A DNA stretch of 64,000 nucleotides, from sequence record OR699282.2; one strand, written 5' to 3'. Origin of the DNA: Escherichia phage BAU.Micro_ELP-22. Of the stretch, positions 14,973 through 22,742 are shown piece after piece. The stretch's first letter is position 1. Each line of letters opens with the position of its first letter. The translations under genes and the position numbers were made by a program. The notes under the pieces were generated by a model, which was not told the origin of the DNA, did not search any database, and saw only the letters and a program-made list of their open reading frames with translations.

Positions 14973-15248
14973 ATGCGGATTCTACTGACAGCTAACGAAA
15001 TCGAACAAGTACTGACTACTAACCTGGAAGACTGGAAACGTGAAGCAGATATCCAGGCGGTTCAATGGCTTAACGATAAGTTAACGCCGGATGACTTAAG
15101 CAAGATTGTAGATCCTCAATTCTACGAAGATATTCACGACACCGCGTTAAGCGTCGAGGATGTACTAGATAAGCACTACATTGATACTGATTTGCAGGTT
15201 TACGGTCGTAAAAACTTTATCACTATTCACGATATTTACAATAATTAA
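14973..15248 (+). CDS. hypothetical protein (91 aa)
   Basis: ATG 14973, SD AAGGAA. Confidence 0.7.
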   Translation: MRILLTANEIEQVLTTNLEDWKREADIQAVQWLNDKLTPDDLSKIVDPQFYEDIHDTALSVEDVLDKHYIDTDLQVYGRKNFITIHDIYNN

Positions 15249-15249
15249 G

Positions 15250-15310
15250 TATTGACAAAGTATCTTAGTACTGTATAATAGTTTACATCGAGAGGGGGAA
15301 TGGTTCCCCT
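15250..15310 (+). promoter_or_regulatory. PeSL-like promoter cassette (identical 44-bp promoter, copy 1 of 3)
   Basis: TTGACA 15252-15257, TATAAT 15274-15279, hairpin GGGGGAATGGTTCCCC; same promoter at 15519 and 18096. Confidence 0.7.
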
Positions 15311-15334
15311 CCTAACTAAAAGAGAGAAATAAAA

Positions 15335-15517
15335 ATGGCTAAGTGCACTATCTGTAATAAAGAAATAGTATTAGTTCCAAGTGCCCGTGAACGTGCCGCT
15401 CGGTTCGGTGGCAAAGCGTCAGACTATACAAAAATGTTTACTGCCCATACAGCTTGCCAGGTAGCAAAACGTTCACAAGAAAGCGTAGAATTAATGCGTA
15501 AACTTTCCAAAAAATAA
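15335..15517 (+). CDS. small Cys-containing protein (60 aa)
   Basis: ATG 15335; CTICNKE ... HTACQ possible zinc-ribbon; SD-like AGAGAGA. Confidence 0.65.
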   Translation: MAKCTICNKEIVLVPSARERAARFGGKASDYTKMFTAHTACQVAKRSQESVELMRKLSKK

Positions 15518-15518
15518 G

Positions 15519-15582
15519 TATTGACAAAGTATCTTAGTACTGTATAATAGTTTACATCAAGTGAGGGGAAACGGTTCCCCTC
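15519..15582 (+). promoter_or_regulatory. PeSL-like promoter cassette (copy 2 of 3)
   Basis: TTGACA 15521-15526, TATAAT 15543-15548, hairpin GAGGGGAAACGGTTCCCCTC 15564-15582. Confidence 0.7.
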
Positions 15583-15605
15583 CTAACAAAGAGAGAGAAA
15601 TAAAA

Positions 15606-15929
15606 ATGGCTATGATCCTTACCCAGAAAGTGGAACTGAAAATTGTAACCTCCTTTGACATTAACGTTAATCGGTGGACTGATTCACACGGCAATACTTA
15701 CCACTCTTGCTACGTGTCTGCTTTAATTGGCGACCGCTGGGAAGACCTGGGACACGAAACCTTTACATACGGTTACGGTACACAAGGCGAATACACGGGC
15801 TTGGAGATCATTAAAGAAACCGTTATAGGTTTCAACCCGAAAGAAAAAGTTATTCACCGCATCGAGGAAGAGATCAACAAAGAAATAACAGTTCGCTACC
15901 ACGATGTAAAACGTAAGAAAGACATGTAA
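15606..15929 (+). CDS. hypothetical protein, early paralog family C (107 aa)
   Basis: Track ORF 15561 trimmed to ATG 15606; paralog of 8398..8721. Confidence 0.7.
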   Translation: MAMILTQKVELKIVTSFDINVNRWTDSHGNTYHSCYVSALIGDRWEDLGHETFTYGYGTQGEYTGLEIIKETVIGFNPKEKVIHRIEEEINKEITVRYHDVKRKKDM

Positions 15930-15943
15930 TAGAATCCATTTAA

Positions 15944-15980
15944 AGTACTATTTGACATTGCCCAGATAGTACTTTATAAT
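15944..15980 (+). promoter_or_regulatory. Class-II promoter
   Basis: AGTACT 15944-15949, TTGACA 15952-15957, 17-bp spacer with AGTACT, TATAAT 15975-15980. Confidence 0.65.
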
Positions 15981-16024
15981 AGACTCTAACTTGTAGTACT
16001 AACTTAACTAATAGGATGTATACC

Positions 16025-16420
16025 ATGATTACTAAATTCTACGCTACCCGTGAAGCTGCCCGTATTGTTGCACGCGAGGAAGGCGAAACATTTAAAGACA
16101 TGGGCAAAGATGCACCGAAAGGTCAACGCTGGGCCGTACAGTTCAAAGAGATCTCTGATATTGTGAATTCACCGGAGCCAGTACTAACAGCAGCAGAACT
16201 AAAACGAGCGGATTTACTGGCGTCAATACTTGATGCACAAGATGAGTTTATCGCTGATTCTGATATCAAAGTACAGACAAACCATACCGCATGGACTCAC
16301 GCGGATCACCTGGCAAACCTTAAGCGTCCAAGTGAACTGATTCGCAACCAGAAAGAGATCCGACACGACCGTAAGGGTAATCGTGTAACAGTATACAGTA
16401 AACGCCGCCAGGTTATCTAA
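16025..16420 (+). CDS. hypothetical protein, early paralog family B (131 aa)
   Basis: ATG 16025 (SD AGGA at 8 nt; alternative ATG 16016); paralog of 2837..3103. Confidence 0.65.
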   Translation: MITKFYATREAARIVAREEGETFKDMGKDAPKGQRWAVQFKEISDIVNSPEPVLTAAELKRADLLASILDAQDEFIADSDIKVQTNHTAWTHADHLANLKRPSELIRNQKEIRHDRKGNRVTVYSKRRQVI

Positions 16421-16441
16421 TAACTTGCAGTACTAACAACA

Positions 16442-16468
16442 CGGCGGGATCAGTTCCCGCCTTTTTTA
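16442..16468 (+). terminator. Rho-independent terminator
   Basis: GGCGGGA-TCAG-TTCCCGCC then TTTTTTA. Confidence 0.75.
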
Positions 16469-16481
16469 TAGGACAAACAAA

Positions 16482-16736
16482 ATGATTAAGGTTCAACTAT
16501 ATAAAGATAACATCTTACGGGTACACTATAAAGCACCACAGAGAATCATCACAAAGGCCGTACAGCTTGCTAATGAGTTTATTAATGGTAACCTATTACC
16601 TAGGAAGTTAAGCAACGGGAAACTGCGTGTAATCGACGTGGACACTAACAACAGGATAGTAATCGAGAACACAGGAAAGATAAACCTTTATGAGCATCAA
16701 CAATACAATAAGAAAATAAAACTAATATCACGTTGA
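16482..16736 (+). CDS. hypothetical protein (84 aa)
   Basis: ATG 16482; SD weak. Confidence 0.6.
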   Translation: MIKVQLYKDNILRVHYKAPQRIITKAVQLANEFINGNLLPRKLSNGKLRVIDVDTNNRIVIENTGKINLYEHQQYNKKIKLISR

Positions 16737-16790
16737 CAGTACTCAAATGTTTTAGTACTATATGTACATACCAACACGGGGAGAAACAAA

Positions 16791-17033
16791 ATGATTACTT
16801 TAGAAAAACGTATCAAAGAAACTACATCGCTGGTGGAACTGTTAACAGTACTCAAATGTAAAACTACTCGGTTTAGTACACCGGACTTTATTAATATGGT
16901 TGATGTTAACGGTCGTTATCGTATTGCAGTAGAACAAGGCACGGCAAAAGTATTCAGTACTAAAAACACTAAGGAAGTGATTCACGCGGTTAGTGTGAAA
17001 AAAGTGGTTGCCATTGATAGTAAAGTACTGTAA
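16791..17033 (+). CDS. hypothetical protein (80 aa)
   Basis: ATG 16791, SD GGGGAG. Confidence 0.65.
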   Translation: MITLEKRIKETTSLVELLTVLKCKTTRFSTPDFINMVDVNGRYRIAVEQGTAKVFSTKNTKEVIHAVSVKKVVAIDSKVL

Positions 17034-17064
17034 GATAGTTTCATTAACTCAAGGAGAACATGCA

Positions 17065-17649
17065 ATGCGTAATTATACTAAATTCATCCGTACCCTGTCA
17101 GAAATGGAAACCAACAAAGAGATCCTTTCAGCTTGTCGGTTAGCTGGCCTGGAGATCATCGGTGCTGGTTCTTCCCGTATAGTTTTCGCTTTAAATGATC
17201 GGTTAGTGATTAAGGTCGCGAATTGTGATGCGGGTGTAGAACAAAATGAAACTGAATGTAAGGTATGGAATTTTTTAGACTATGACCGCCCTCAGTTGAA
17301 ACAGTACTTTGCAAAGGTGCATATGCATTTATGCGATCCTGATAATATGTTTATCGTTATGGATCGGTTGAGTACTGCAAGCAAAGGCAGTGTGAAGCAC
17401 GTAAACGCGTGCAATGAATTAAAGTACAATATTAAACGTAATGCAATCGAACGCCAGCACCGCTTTGCTGATGCACTACAACACGTTGATGATACATTAT
17501 CAACACTAACGATAAGAGATATCAGAAAACAGAATATCGGCCAGGATCGTAATGGACTTATTAAAGTACTTGATTACGGTTTAACCAGCAATATCTGGAA
17601 TCAGTACTATAAAAAGCGTGATGTGGCAGCAAGTAAGGTAACACGATAA
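17065..17649 (+). CDS. minimal Ser/Thr protein kinase-like protein (194 aa)
   Basis: Track ORF 17008 trimmed to ATG 17065 (SD AAGGAG, 8 nt); Gly-rich loop GAGSSRIVF, Lys in VIKVAN, catalytic-loop-like RDIRKQNIG, DFG-like LDYG. Confidence 0.65.
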   Translation: MRNYTKFIRTLSEMETNKEILSACRLAGLEIIGAGSSRIVFALNDRLVIKVANCDAGVEQNETECKVWNFLDYDRPQLKQYFAKVHMHLCDPDNMFIVMDRLSTASKGSVKHVNACNELKYNIKRNAIERQHRFADALQHVDDTLSTLTIRDIRKQNIGQDRNGLIKVLDYGLTSNIWNQYYKKRDVAASKVTR

Positions 17650-17667
17650 AAAAGATTAAAAAAGGGA

Positions 17668-17746
17668 TTGACTCCGGTCAGTCCCTTTGCTATTATATAT
17701 CCATTGAGAGATAACTCACTGACCCATAGGGTGCGGAAGTGTATCT
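17668..17746 (+). repeat. Repeated intergenic element, type A
   Basis: TTGACTCCGGTCAGTCCCTTTGCTATTATAT then CATTGAGAGATAACTCACTGACCCATAGGGTGCGGAAGTGTATCT. Confidence 0.6.
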
Positions 17747-17785
17747 ATTATATAAGTATTCAGTACTGAAAACTATTTGATAAAA

Positions 17786-17850
17786 AGTACTTGCATTGTA
17801 CTTAGAATCAAGTATAATGTTTTATATCGAGAGGGGGAAATGGTTCTCCC
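17786..17850 (+). promoter_or_regulatory. PeSL-like promoter cassette
   Basis: AGTACT 17786-17791, TTGCAT 17791-17796, TATAAT 17813-17818, hairpin GGGGGAAATGGTTCTCCC 17833-17850. Confidence 0.7.
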
Positions 17851-17872
17851 TGGTATATTAAGGAATAAAATC

Positions 17873-18094
17873 ATGACTACAATGACTTGCATTTACGCTT
17901 CCAATCTTCTGAATGATGCGGCCTTTAATGTTGATTCAGAATATCAATGTTATCGGGATGAAAATAAAAAAGTTTTTGTAGTTGATAATAATGGTTTCCA
18001 TATTGAATTGCAATCCGGTTTCACTGGTGTTGATGGTAAATCAGTATGGGGCGTACAGGATGATAAAGGCACATATCATTTTAAACGTAATTAA
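17873..18094 (+). CDS. hypothetical protein (73 aa)
   Basis: Track ORF 17777 trimmed to ATG 17873; SD AAGGAA. Confidence 0.7.
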   Translation: MTTMTCIYASNLLNDAAFNVDSEYQCYRDENKKVFVVDNNGFHIELQSGFTGVDGKSVWGVQDDKGTYHFKRN

Positions 18095-18095
18095 G

Positions 18096-18156
18096 TATTG
18101 ACAAAGTATCTTAGTACTGTATAATAGTTTACATCAAGGGGAGAATAGTTCTCCCC
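18096..18156 (+). promoter_or_regulatory. PeSL-like promoter cassette (copy 3 of identical promoter)
   Basis: TTGACA 18098-18103, TATAAT 18120-18125, hairpin GGGGAGAATAGTTCTCCCC 18138-18156. Confidence 0.7.
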
Positions 18157-18180
18157 ACACCAATAAAAGGAAACATAATT

Positions 18181-18453
18181 ATGTCTAGCTACTCCGCTAC
18201 TATGATCATTAAAGATATGAACGGTAATCCTACTTCTGCTGGTGGATCATTTGGAAACATTAATTTAGATGGTCGGTTATCCATGCAATCAGCAATCGAT
18301 GCAGCGAAAGAAGTTTTTAAGAATGAATGTACTGTTAGTAAGCTGGATTATATGGGATTTGCTATCGAAAAAACTAATCGTTTTGTGAACTACAAAAAAC
18401 CATTGATGATTGATACTAACCTGAAAGCTAACGAAGTGGAGTACTTATTATGA
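18181..18453 (+). CDS. hypothetical protein (90 aa)
   Basis: ATG 18181, SD AAAGGAAA. Confidence 0.7.
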   Translation: MSSYSATMIIKDMNGNPTSAGGSFGNINLDGRLSMQSAIDAAKEVFKNECTVSKLDYMGFAIEKTNRFVNYKKPLMIDTNLKANEVEYLL

Positions 18454-18641
18454 CAGTTGAAGAAGTTAAAAAAGTACTGGCAGTACTACGCTATCATAAT
18501 CATTGCAAGGTGAAGAATGATCCTGATTATCTCGATTCATCCCTGGAAGAGGATACACTACAAGCAATAAGCCATATGCAAACATTAGCAAAGCGTATGA
18601 CTGAAAAGAACATGCCGGACTATATCGGAAATAAAATTTAA
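18450..18641 (+). CDS. hypothetical protein (63 aa)
   Basis: ATG 18450 overlaps upstream stop (ATGA). Confidence 0.6.
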   Translation: MTVEEVKKVLAVLRYHNHCKVKNDPDYLDSSLEEDTLQAISHMQTLAKRMTEKNMPDYIGNKI

Positions 18642-18643
18642 AA

Positions 18644-18710
18644 AGTACTTGCATTGTAGTTAGATTAACGTATAATGTTTTATATCGAGAGGGGGAAATG
18701 GTTTCCCCTC
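18644..18710 (+). promoter_or_regulatory. PeSL-like promoter cassette
   Basis: AGTACT 18644-18649, TTGCAT 18649-18654, TATAAT 18671-18676, hairpin GAGGGGGAAATGGTTTCCCCTC 18687-18710. Confidence 0.7.
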
Positions 18711-18728
18711 AAGTCCAGGAGATACACC

Positions 18729-18992
18729 ATGAACACTATCGAAATCACTATCAATGCACACGTATACGACAACGTAGTACTGCAAACTACTATGACCGCT
18801 AATGATACCAGTACTTTGCGGAATACTGTTATTAGTGCCGTATGTGCCGCTATCGGTGATGTCGCCCTGGAAAATGCAAAACACGTAAACGATGGTTTCA
18901 CTATGTGCAAACGTGATAACGCAAAACATATCATCGTAGAAGGTTACGGCGGTGTAGAATATAATGTTTATATGAAAAAAGTACTTGCATAA
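18729..18992 (+). CDS. hypothetical protein (87 aa)
   Basis: Track ORF 18675 trimmed to ATG 18729 (SD AGGAGA); C-terminal codons overlap -35 of next PeSL. Confidence 0.7.
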   Translation: MNTIEITINAHVYDNVVLQTTMTANDTSTLRNTVISAVCAAIGDVALENAKHVNDGFTMCKRDNAKHIIVEGYGGVEYNVYMKKVLA

Positions 18993-19041
18993 TAACTAAA
19001 ACAAAGTATAATGTTTTGCATAGGGGGAGATATCCTCCCCC
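18980..19041 (+). promoter_or_regulatory. PeSL-like promoter cassette
   Basis: AGTACT 18980-18985, TTGCAT 18985-18990, TATAAT 19007-19012, hairpin GGGGGAGATATCCTCCCCC 19023-19041. Confidence 0.7.
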
Positions 19042-19059
19042 ACTAAAAGGAGTAATAAA

Positions 19060-19284
19060 ATGGCTAACTTTGATGAACTGATGCGGGAAGTAGCTACCCT
19101 GGCAGAAGAAAAGAAATCATTCGATTCTATCTATAGCACCGCTCACCGTGATTCAGTACTGGCATGTAACCAGGATCAAAAAGATGAACTAATCGCCACC
19201 TATCATGAAGCATGGAAGTACTACCGACAATGGGAGAAAGAAGAAAGAGAGTCTACCATTGACGGCCTCAATAATCTAATCTAA
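19060..19284 (+). CDS. hypothetical protein (74 aa)
   Basis: ATG 19060, SD AAGGAG. Confidence 0.7.
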   Translation: MANFDELMREVATLAEEKKSFDSIYSTAHRDSVLACNQDQKDELIATYHEAWKYYRQWEKEERESTIDGLNNLI

Positions 19285-19296
19285 AAGTTTTATTTC

Positions 19297-19333
19297 AGTA
19301 CTATTGACATAGCTTGATAGTACTGATGTAATA
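19297..19333 (+). promoter_or_regulatory. Class-II promoter
   Basis: AGTACT 19297-19302, TTGACA 19304-19309, AGTACT in spacer, -10-like GTAATA. Confidence 0.55.
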
Positions 19334-19360
19334 ACTTTACTAACTACAAGGGGAAACATA

Positions 19361-19618
19361 ATGGAACAGTTCACACAATATCGGGTAAATCCTCAAGCTA
19401 TGGCCTACGTAGAAGACCATAAAACATTACCAGTACTAACACCAATTAAAGGCCATATCTATCGTGCAATGTCATGGAATACCGCCCAGGATAGATATAC
19501 TACCGCTGGCGTGGGTATGTATTGCGGGAATGGTGAATGGTTTGATCCAAATAATCCGGTAGCCATTGACAGTACTGAAAAAATGAAATGGGCCGACTAC
19601 ATCGAAGATATTTCATAA
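19361..19618 (+). CDS. hypothetical protein (85 aa)
   Basis: ATG 19361, SD GGGGAAA. Confidence 0.65.
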   Translation: MEQFTQYRVNPQAMAYVEDHKTLPVLTPIKGHIYRAMSWNTAQDRYTTAGVGMYCGNGEWFDPNNPVAIDSTEKMKWADYIEDIS

Positions 19619-19625
19619 AAACTAT

Positions 19626-19686
19626 TTGACAGTACTAACCAGTAATGTATAATGTTTTACATAGAGCGGGGGAATAGTTCTCCCGC
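19626..19686 (+). promoter_or_regulatory. PeSL-like promoter cassette
   Basis: TTGACA 19626-19631, TATAAT 19648-19653, hairpin GCGGGGGAATAGTTCTCCCGC 19666-19686. Confidence 0.7.
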
Positions 19687-19708
19687 CAATAGTTTGGAGT
19701 AAAACATT

Positions 19709-19909
19709 ATGTCTATCGCTATCGCCCTGGTTGAAGTACTGAAAGAAGCTAAAGCCAACCAGATCGACGTAAAGATCCAGGAACTACAAAACGGCGTAAT
19801 CGGCTGTACTTGTACCGCTGGTGGAGCGGCAGACTATCGAGAACACGAATCACTCGAATCACTGGTTCGGTATCTTACCATGATCGTTGATGATTGGAGA
19901 ATCATCTAA
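19709..19909 (+). CDS. hypothetical protein (66 aa)
   Basis: ATG 19709, SD GGAG. Confidence 0.65.
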   Translation: MSIAIALVEVLKEAKANQIDVKIQELQNGVIGCTCTAGGAADYREHESLESLVRYLTMIVDDWRII

Positions 19910-19930
19910 CAAAAAAGAATAAAAAAGGGA

Positions 19931-20004
19931 TTGACTCCGGTCAGTCCCTTTGCTATTATATACGCATAGACAAAAACTAGCCCACAGGGTGCATAGGTGT
20001 ATCC
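19931..20004 (+). repeat. Repeated intergenic element, type A
   Basis: TTGACTCCGGTCAGTCCCTTTGCTATTATAT then CGCATAGACAAAAACTAGCCCACAGGGTGCATAGGTGTATCC. Confidence 0.6.
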
Positions 20005-20070
20005 AAAATATATAGTTAATAACGGTGAGTAACTATCTGCTGGTGGAGTGAAAACTATTAATAAAAAAGT

Positions 20071-20100
20071 ATTGACAAAGTATATCAGTACTGCGATAAT
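20071..20100 (+). promoter_or_regulatory. sigma70-like promoter
   Basis: TTGACA 20071-20076, spacer with CAGTACTG, GATAAT 20095-20100. Confidence 0.55.
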
Positions 20101-20153
20101 GTATCTCGTAGGGCGGCAATGGTGCAACGGCCCACAAAGTTAGGAGATTCAAA

Positions 20154-20486
20154 ATGAGTACTTCAATCGCTATCGTTAAAGCTTTCATCCGTACCAATGT
20201 TTCATCTGTATTCATCGACGGACTGGATCGTGAAGTAGAATACTCAATCATTATCGCACAGACTGCAAACGGTGCTCGGTATATCCTCAATGATAGTGAA
20301 GCAAATCACTACTACTTCACTAAAGCTACTGGCTTTAAACGCATCGATGCCGATGTAGTATACGCTAAGATGAATAAGCTGGTAGACAAGATTAACGCTA
20401 AAGGCACTATTGATTTACAGTACTGGACCGAAACCGATCCAGAATATGGATCTCACCGCTACCTGAATCCAGGTATCAAAATGTAA
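20154..20486 (+). CDS. hypothetical protein (110 aa)
   Basis: ATG 20154, SD AGGAGA. Confidence 0.7.
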   Translation: MSTSIAIVKAFIRTNVSSVFIDGLDREVEYSIIIAQTANGARYILNDSEANHYYFTKATGFKRIDADVVYAKMNKLVDKINAKGTIDLQYWTETDPEYGSHRYLNPGIKM

Positions 20487-20488
20487 AA

Positions 20489-20554
20489 AGTACTTGCATA
20501 GTACTTAGATTCATGTATAATGTTTTACATAGAGAGGGGGAAATGGTTCTCCCT
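20489..20554 (+). promoter_or_regulatory. PeSL-like promoter cassette
   Basis: AGTACT 20489-20494, TTGCAT 20494-20499, TATAAT 20516-20521, hairpin GAGGGGGAAATGGTTCTCCCTC 20533-20554. Confidence 0.7.
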
Positions 20555-20575
20555 CCTAAATTAAGGAGTTTTATC

Positions 20576-20977
20576 ATGACCTTCTCAATCACTTCCTTCG
20601 CTGACGTTTTAGTACTGGCTCGGACTTTTGGTAAAGATGCACTGGAGTACGCTGTAAGTAATGGCACTATCCAACCGGAACAGTGCCGCATCATTGGAAA
20701 CTGCAAACGTTGGGCGGTATCCAATACTATTGCACTGGAAAACTTCCACGATGGCAACAATGAATATTCTGTTGATGTAGTATTCGAAGCCGTTGATCTC
20801 GGCGGTATCTATAATACTAACCTGAATGATGTGCGTATCGTTCGCACTGGGTTCGGTGCTTATGATGTATCTATTCGTGAAGCTATGAACACCGGATACA
20901 TTAGCAAGGACTTACTTGCTCACATCATGCAGCTGTGTACGGAACGTAACGAAGCACGCACTATCTTAGGACTGTAA
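20576..20977 (+). CDS. hypothetical protein (133 aa)
   Basis: Track ORF 20513 trimmed to ATG 20576; SD AAGGAG. Confidence 0.7.
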   Translation: MTFSITSFADVLVLARTFGKDALEYAVSNGTIQPEQCRIIGNCKRWAVSNTIALENFHDGNNEYSVDVVFEAVDLGGIYNTNLNDVRIVRTGFGAYDVSIREAMNTGYISKDLLAHIMQLCTERNEARTILGL

Positions 20978-21045
20978 GCGTTACACATCACCAAACATCA
21001 TAGGCCGCTCTCTAGCGGCCTTAACTATATCAGGAGTACATACAC

Positions 21046-21255
21046 ATGATCTATACAGTATACAGCGTCCTAGGCACTATTGCAGGCGTACATGATAACG
21101 TCGATAGTGCTATGCGTACAGTACTGCAACAGGTTCCACTAAAGCCTAAGACCATTAAGCAGATGACAGCACGACTAACCAGGGCGACCGATGGCGTGGA
21201 AGTATGGCAGGACTACGGGGATACACAGATAATCGTTAGCGTAACGAAGGATTAA
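21046..21255 (+). CDS. hypothetical protein (69 aa)
   Basis: ATG 21046, SD AGGAG; last gene before the compositional shift. Confidence 0.65.
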   Translation: MIYTVYSVLGTIAGVHDNVDSAMRTVLQQVPLKPKTIKQMTARLTRATDGVEVWQDYGDTQIIVSVTKD

Positions 21256-21505
21256 TGCGTAAAGGGATCTAGTACTGATTCAGAAAAAAGTCAAGGCGTT
21301 TTTTAAATTATGCGTTAAAAAAATGCATAGGTAATCCCTTGACTTTTTTGAAATAAAAGGGATTGGACTATGGCAAAATGCGTAGGGGGCTAAAGGGCGG
21401 GTAACCTTTAGCGACTTCGATAAAGGGGTATTACGAATAAAATGTTATTGATTTTTTATACGAATCGTATATTATAGGATTGATATTATTTTTAATGGAG
21501 TCCCT
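21256..21505. promoter_or_regulatory. Boundary intergenic region with nested inverted repeats; probable array promoter
   Basis: AAAAAAGTCAAGG (21283-21296) / CCTTGACTTTTTT (21337-21350); GCTAAAGG..CCTTTAGC hairpin near 21388-21412; TTGATT 21448-21453 plus TATTAT-like -10. Confidence 0.45.
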
Positions 21506-21703
21506 ATGCGTATTTTAACTAAAGAACAGCACCACGAAAGACTTATCAATAACATGGCTATGATAATGTATAAGTCCCATGACCGTGGTATTGCCTATAA
21601 GCGTGAATTAATTATGGCACTATTCATTGGAACTAACTTTCAGGAAAGGTATGTCAACGATTGGATTTGGTATTTAATTGAAGATATAACGAGTAAACTA
21701 TGA
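21506..21703 (+). CDS. small tandem family F1 paralog (65 aa)
   Basis: ATG 21506, SD GGAG; C-terminal FIGTNFQERYV..WI..LI..I core. Confidence 0.65.
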   Translation: MRILTKEQHHERLINNMAMIMYKSHDRGIAYKRELIMALFIGTNFQERYVNDWIWYLIEDITSKL

Positions 21704-21900
21704 AAATGCGTATTTTAAATAAAGAAGAATATCAATCACTGTTACGTAAAAACTTCACAAAGATTTATAATACAGACACACACGTAGAACGAATGGAGTT
21801 ATACCTTTTGATTACTTTGGGAACTAACTATCAGGAAAGATGGGTGATTCAATATATGGATACATTGAAAAATAAAATATTGTCCACGAGGAAACAATGA
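21700..21900 (+). CDS. F1 paralog (66 aa)
   Basis: ATGA stop/start overlap; LGTNYQERWV core. Confidence 0.65.
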   Translation: MKMRILNKEEYQSLLRKNFTKIYNTDTHVERMELYLLITLGTNYQERWVIQYMDTLKNKILSTRKQ

Positions 21901-22106
21901 AAACTATAACACGAACCCAATCATACGGTCTTATCTTGAAATACATGGACTTAATGGTGGATATCAGCAAAGACCTTCCTAAAACTGAAATTGAAGTTGC
22001 AAGAGCAGAGATCCGCATGTTGGCTGTACTGAACACAAACCATCAGGAAGATTATGTTGAAGAATGGATTCGATTTTTAATAGAAGATATTAAGAGTAAA
22101 CTATGA
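21897..22106 (+). CDS. F1 paralog (69 aa)
   Basis: ATGA overlap; LNTNHQEDYV core. Confidence 0.65.
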   Translation: MKTITRTQSYGLILKYMDLMVDISKDLPKTEIEVARAEIRMLAVLNTNHQEDYVEEWIRFLIEDIKSKL

Positions 22107-22318
22107 TTATTATAGAAAACTCATATCAATATACTGAACGCATCGCTGCCAGACAACTTGAAATCCTCATAATATACGAAGAGACTTCTGATTTAAACTT
22201 AGCCGAGGTATTGGAAAATGATATACTATTGGGTGCATTCTTAGGAACAGACTATCAGAAGTATTATGAGGAAAAGTATTTGTCATCTCTTGAGAAATAT
22301 ATCAGGAGCAAATTATGA
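22103..22318 (+). CDS. F1 paralog (71 aa)
   Basis: ATGA overlap; LGTDYQKYY core. Confidence 0.65.
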   Translation: MIIIENSYQYTERIAARQLEILIIYEETSDLNLAEVLENDILLGAFLGTDYQKYYEEKYLSSLEKYIRSKL

Positions 22319-22527
22319 TTTTTTTAACACCAGAAGAATATAAGAAACGTTTCAATTCCGCACAGGGTGAAATCTTACTTATATACCTTTCAAATGCAGA
22401 CCTTAACTTATCAAGGGTATTAGAAAAAGATTTACTTATGGGTGCATTCCTTGATACAGACTTTCAGGTGTATTATGTAGGGGAATACTTAATTGCACTT
22501 CAGAATTATATCAGGAGTAAACTATGA
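22315..22527 (+). CDS. F1 paralog (70 aa)
   Basis: ATGA overlap; LDTDFQVYYV core; close to 22103..22318. Confidence 0.65.
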   Translation: MIFLTPEEYKKRFNSAQGEILLIYLSNADLNLSRVLEKDLLMGAFLDTDFQVYYVGEYLIALQNYIRSKL

Positions 22528-22742
22528 AACATTTAAGTAACTCCGAGAAGAATAAAATTATCGTTGCTGCAATAAACAAATATTTTACACTTCCTCACAC
22601 AGAAGGTTTATGTGTAAGGGAACACAGGATAAACACCACCGATATACGCATGATGGCTGTACTGGGGACGAACTTTCAGGAAGAGTATGTTGTTGCACAC
22701 ATAGTTGCCCTCACTGATCTAATAAGGGACAAATGTAAATGA
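22524..22742 (+). CDS. F1 paralog (72 aa)
   Basis: ATGA overlap; LGTNFQEEYV core. Confidence 0.65.
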   Translation: MKHLSNSEKNKIIVAAINKYFTLPHTEGLCVREHRINTTDIRMMAVLGTNFQEEYVVAHIVALTDLIRDKCK

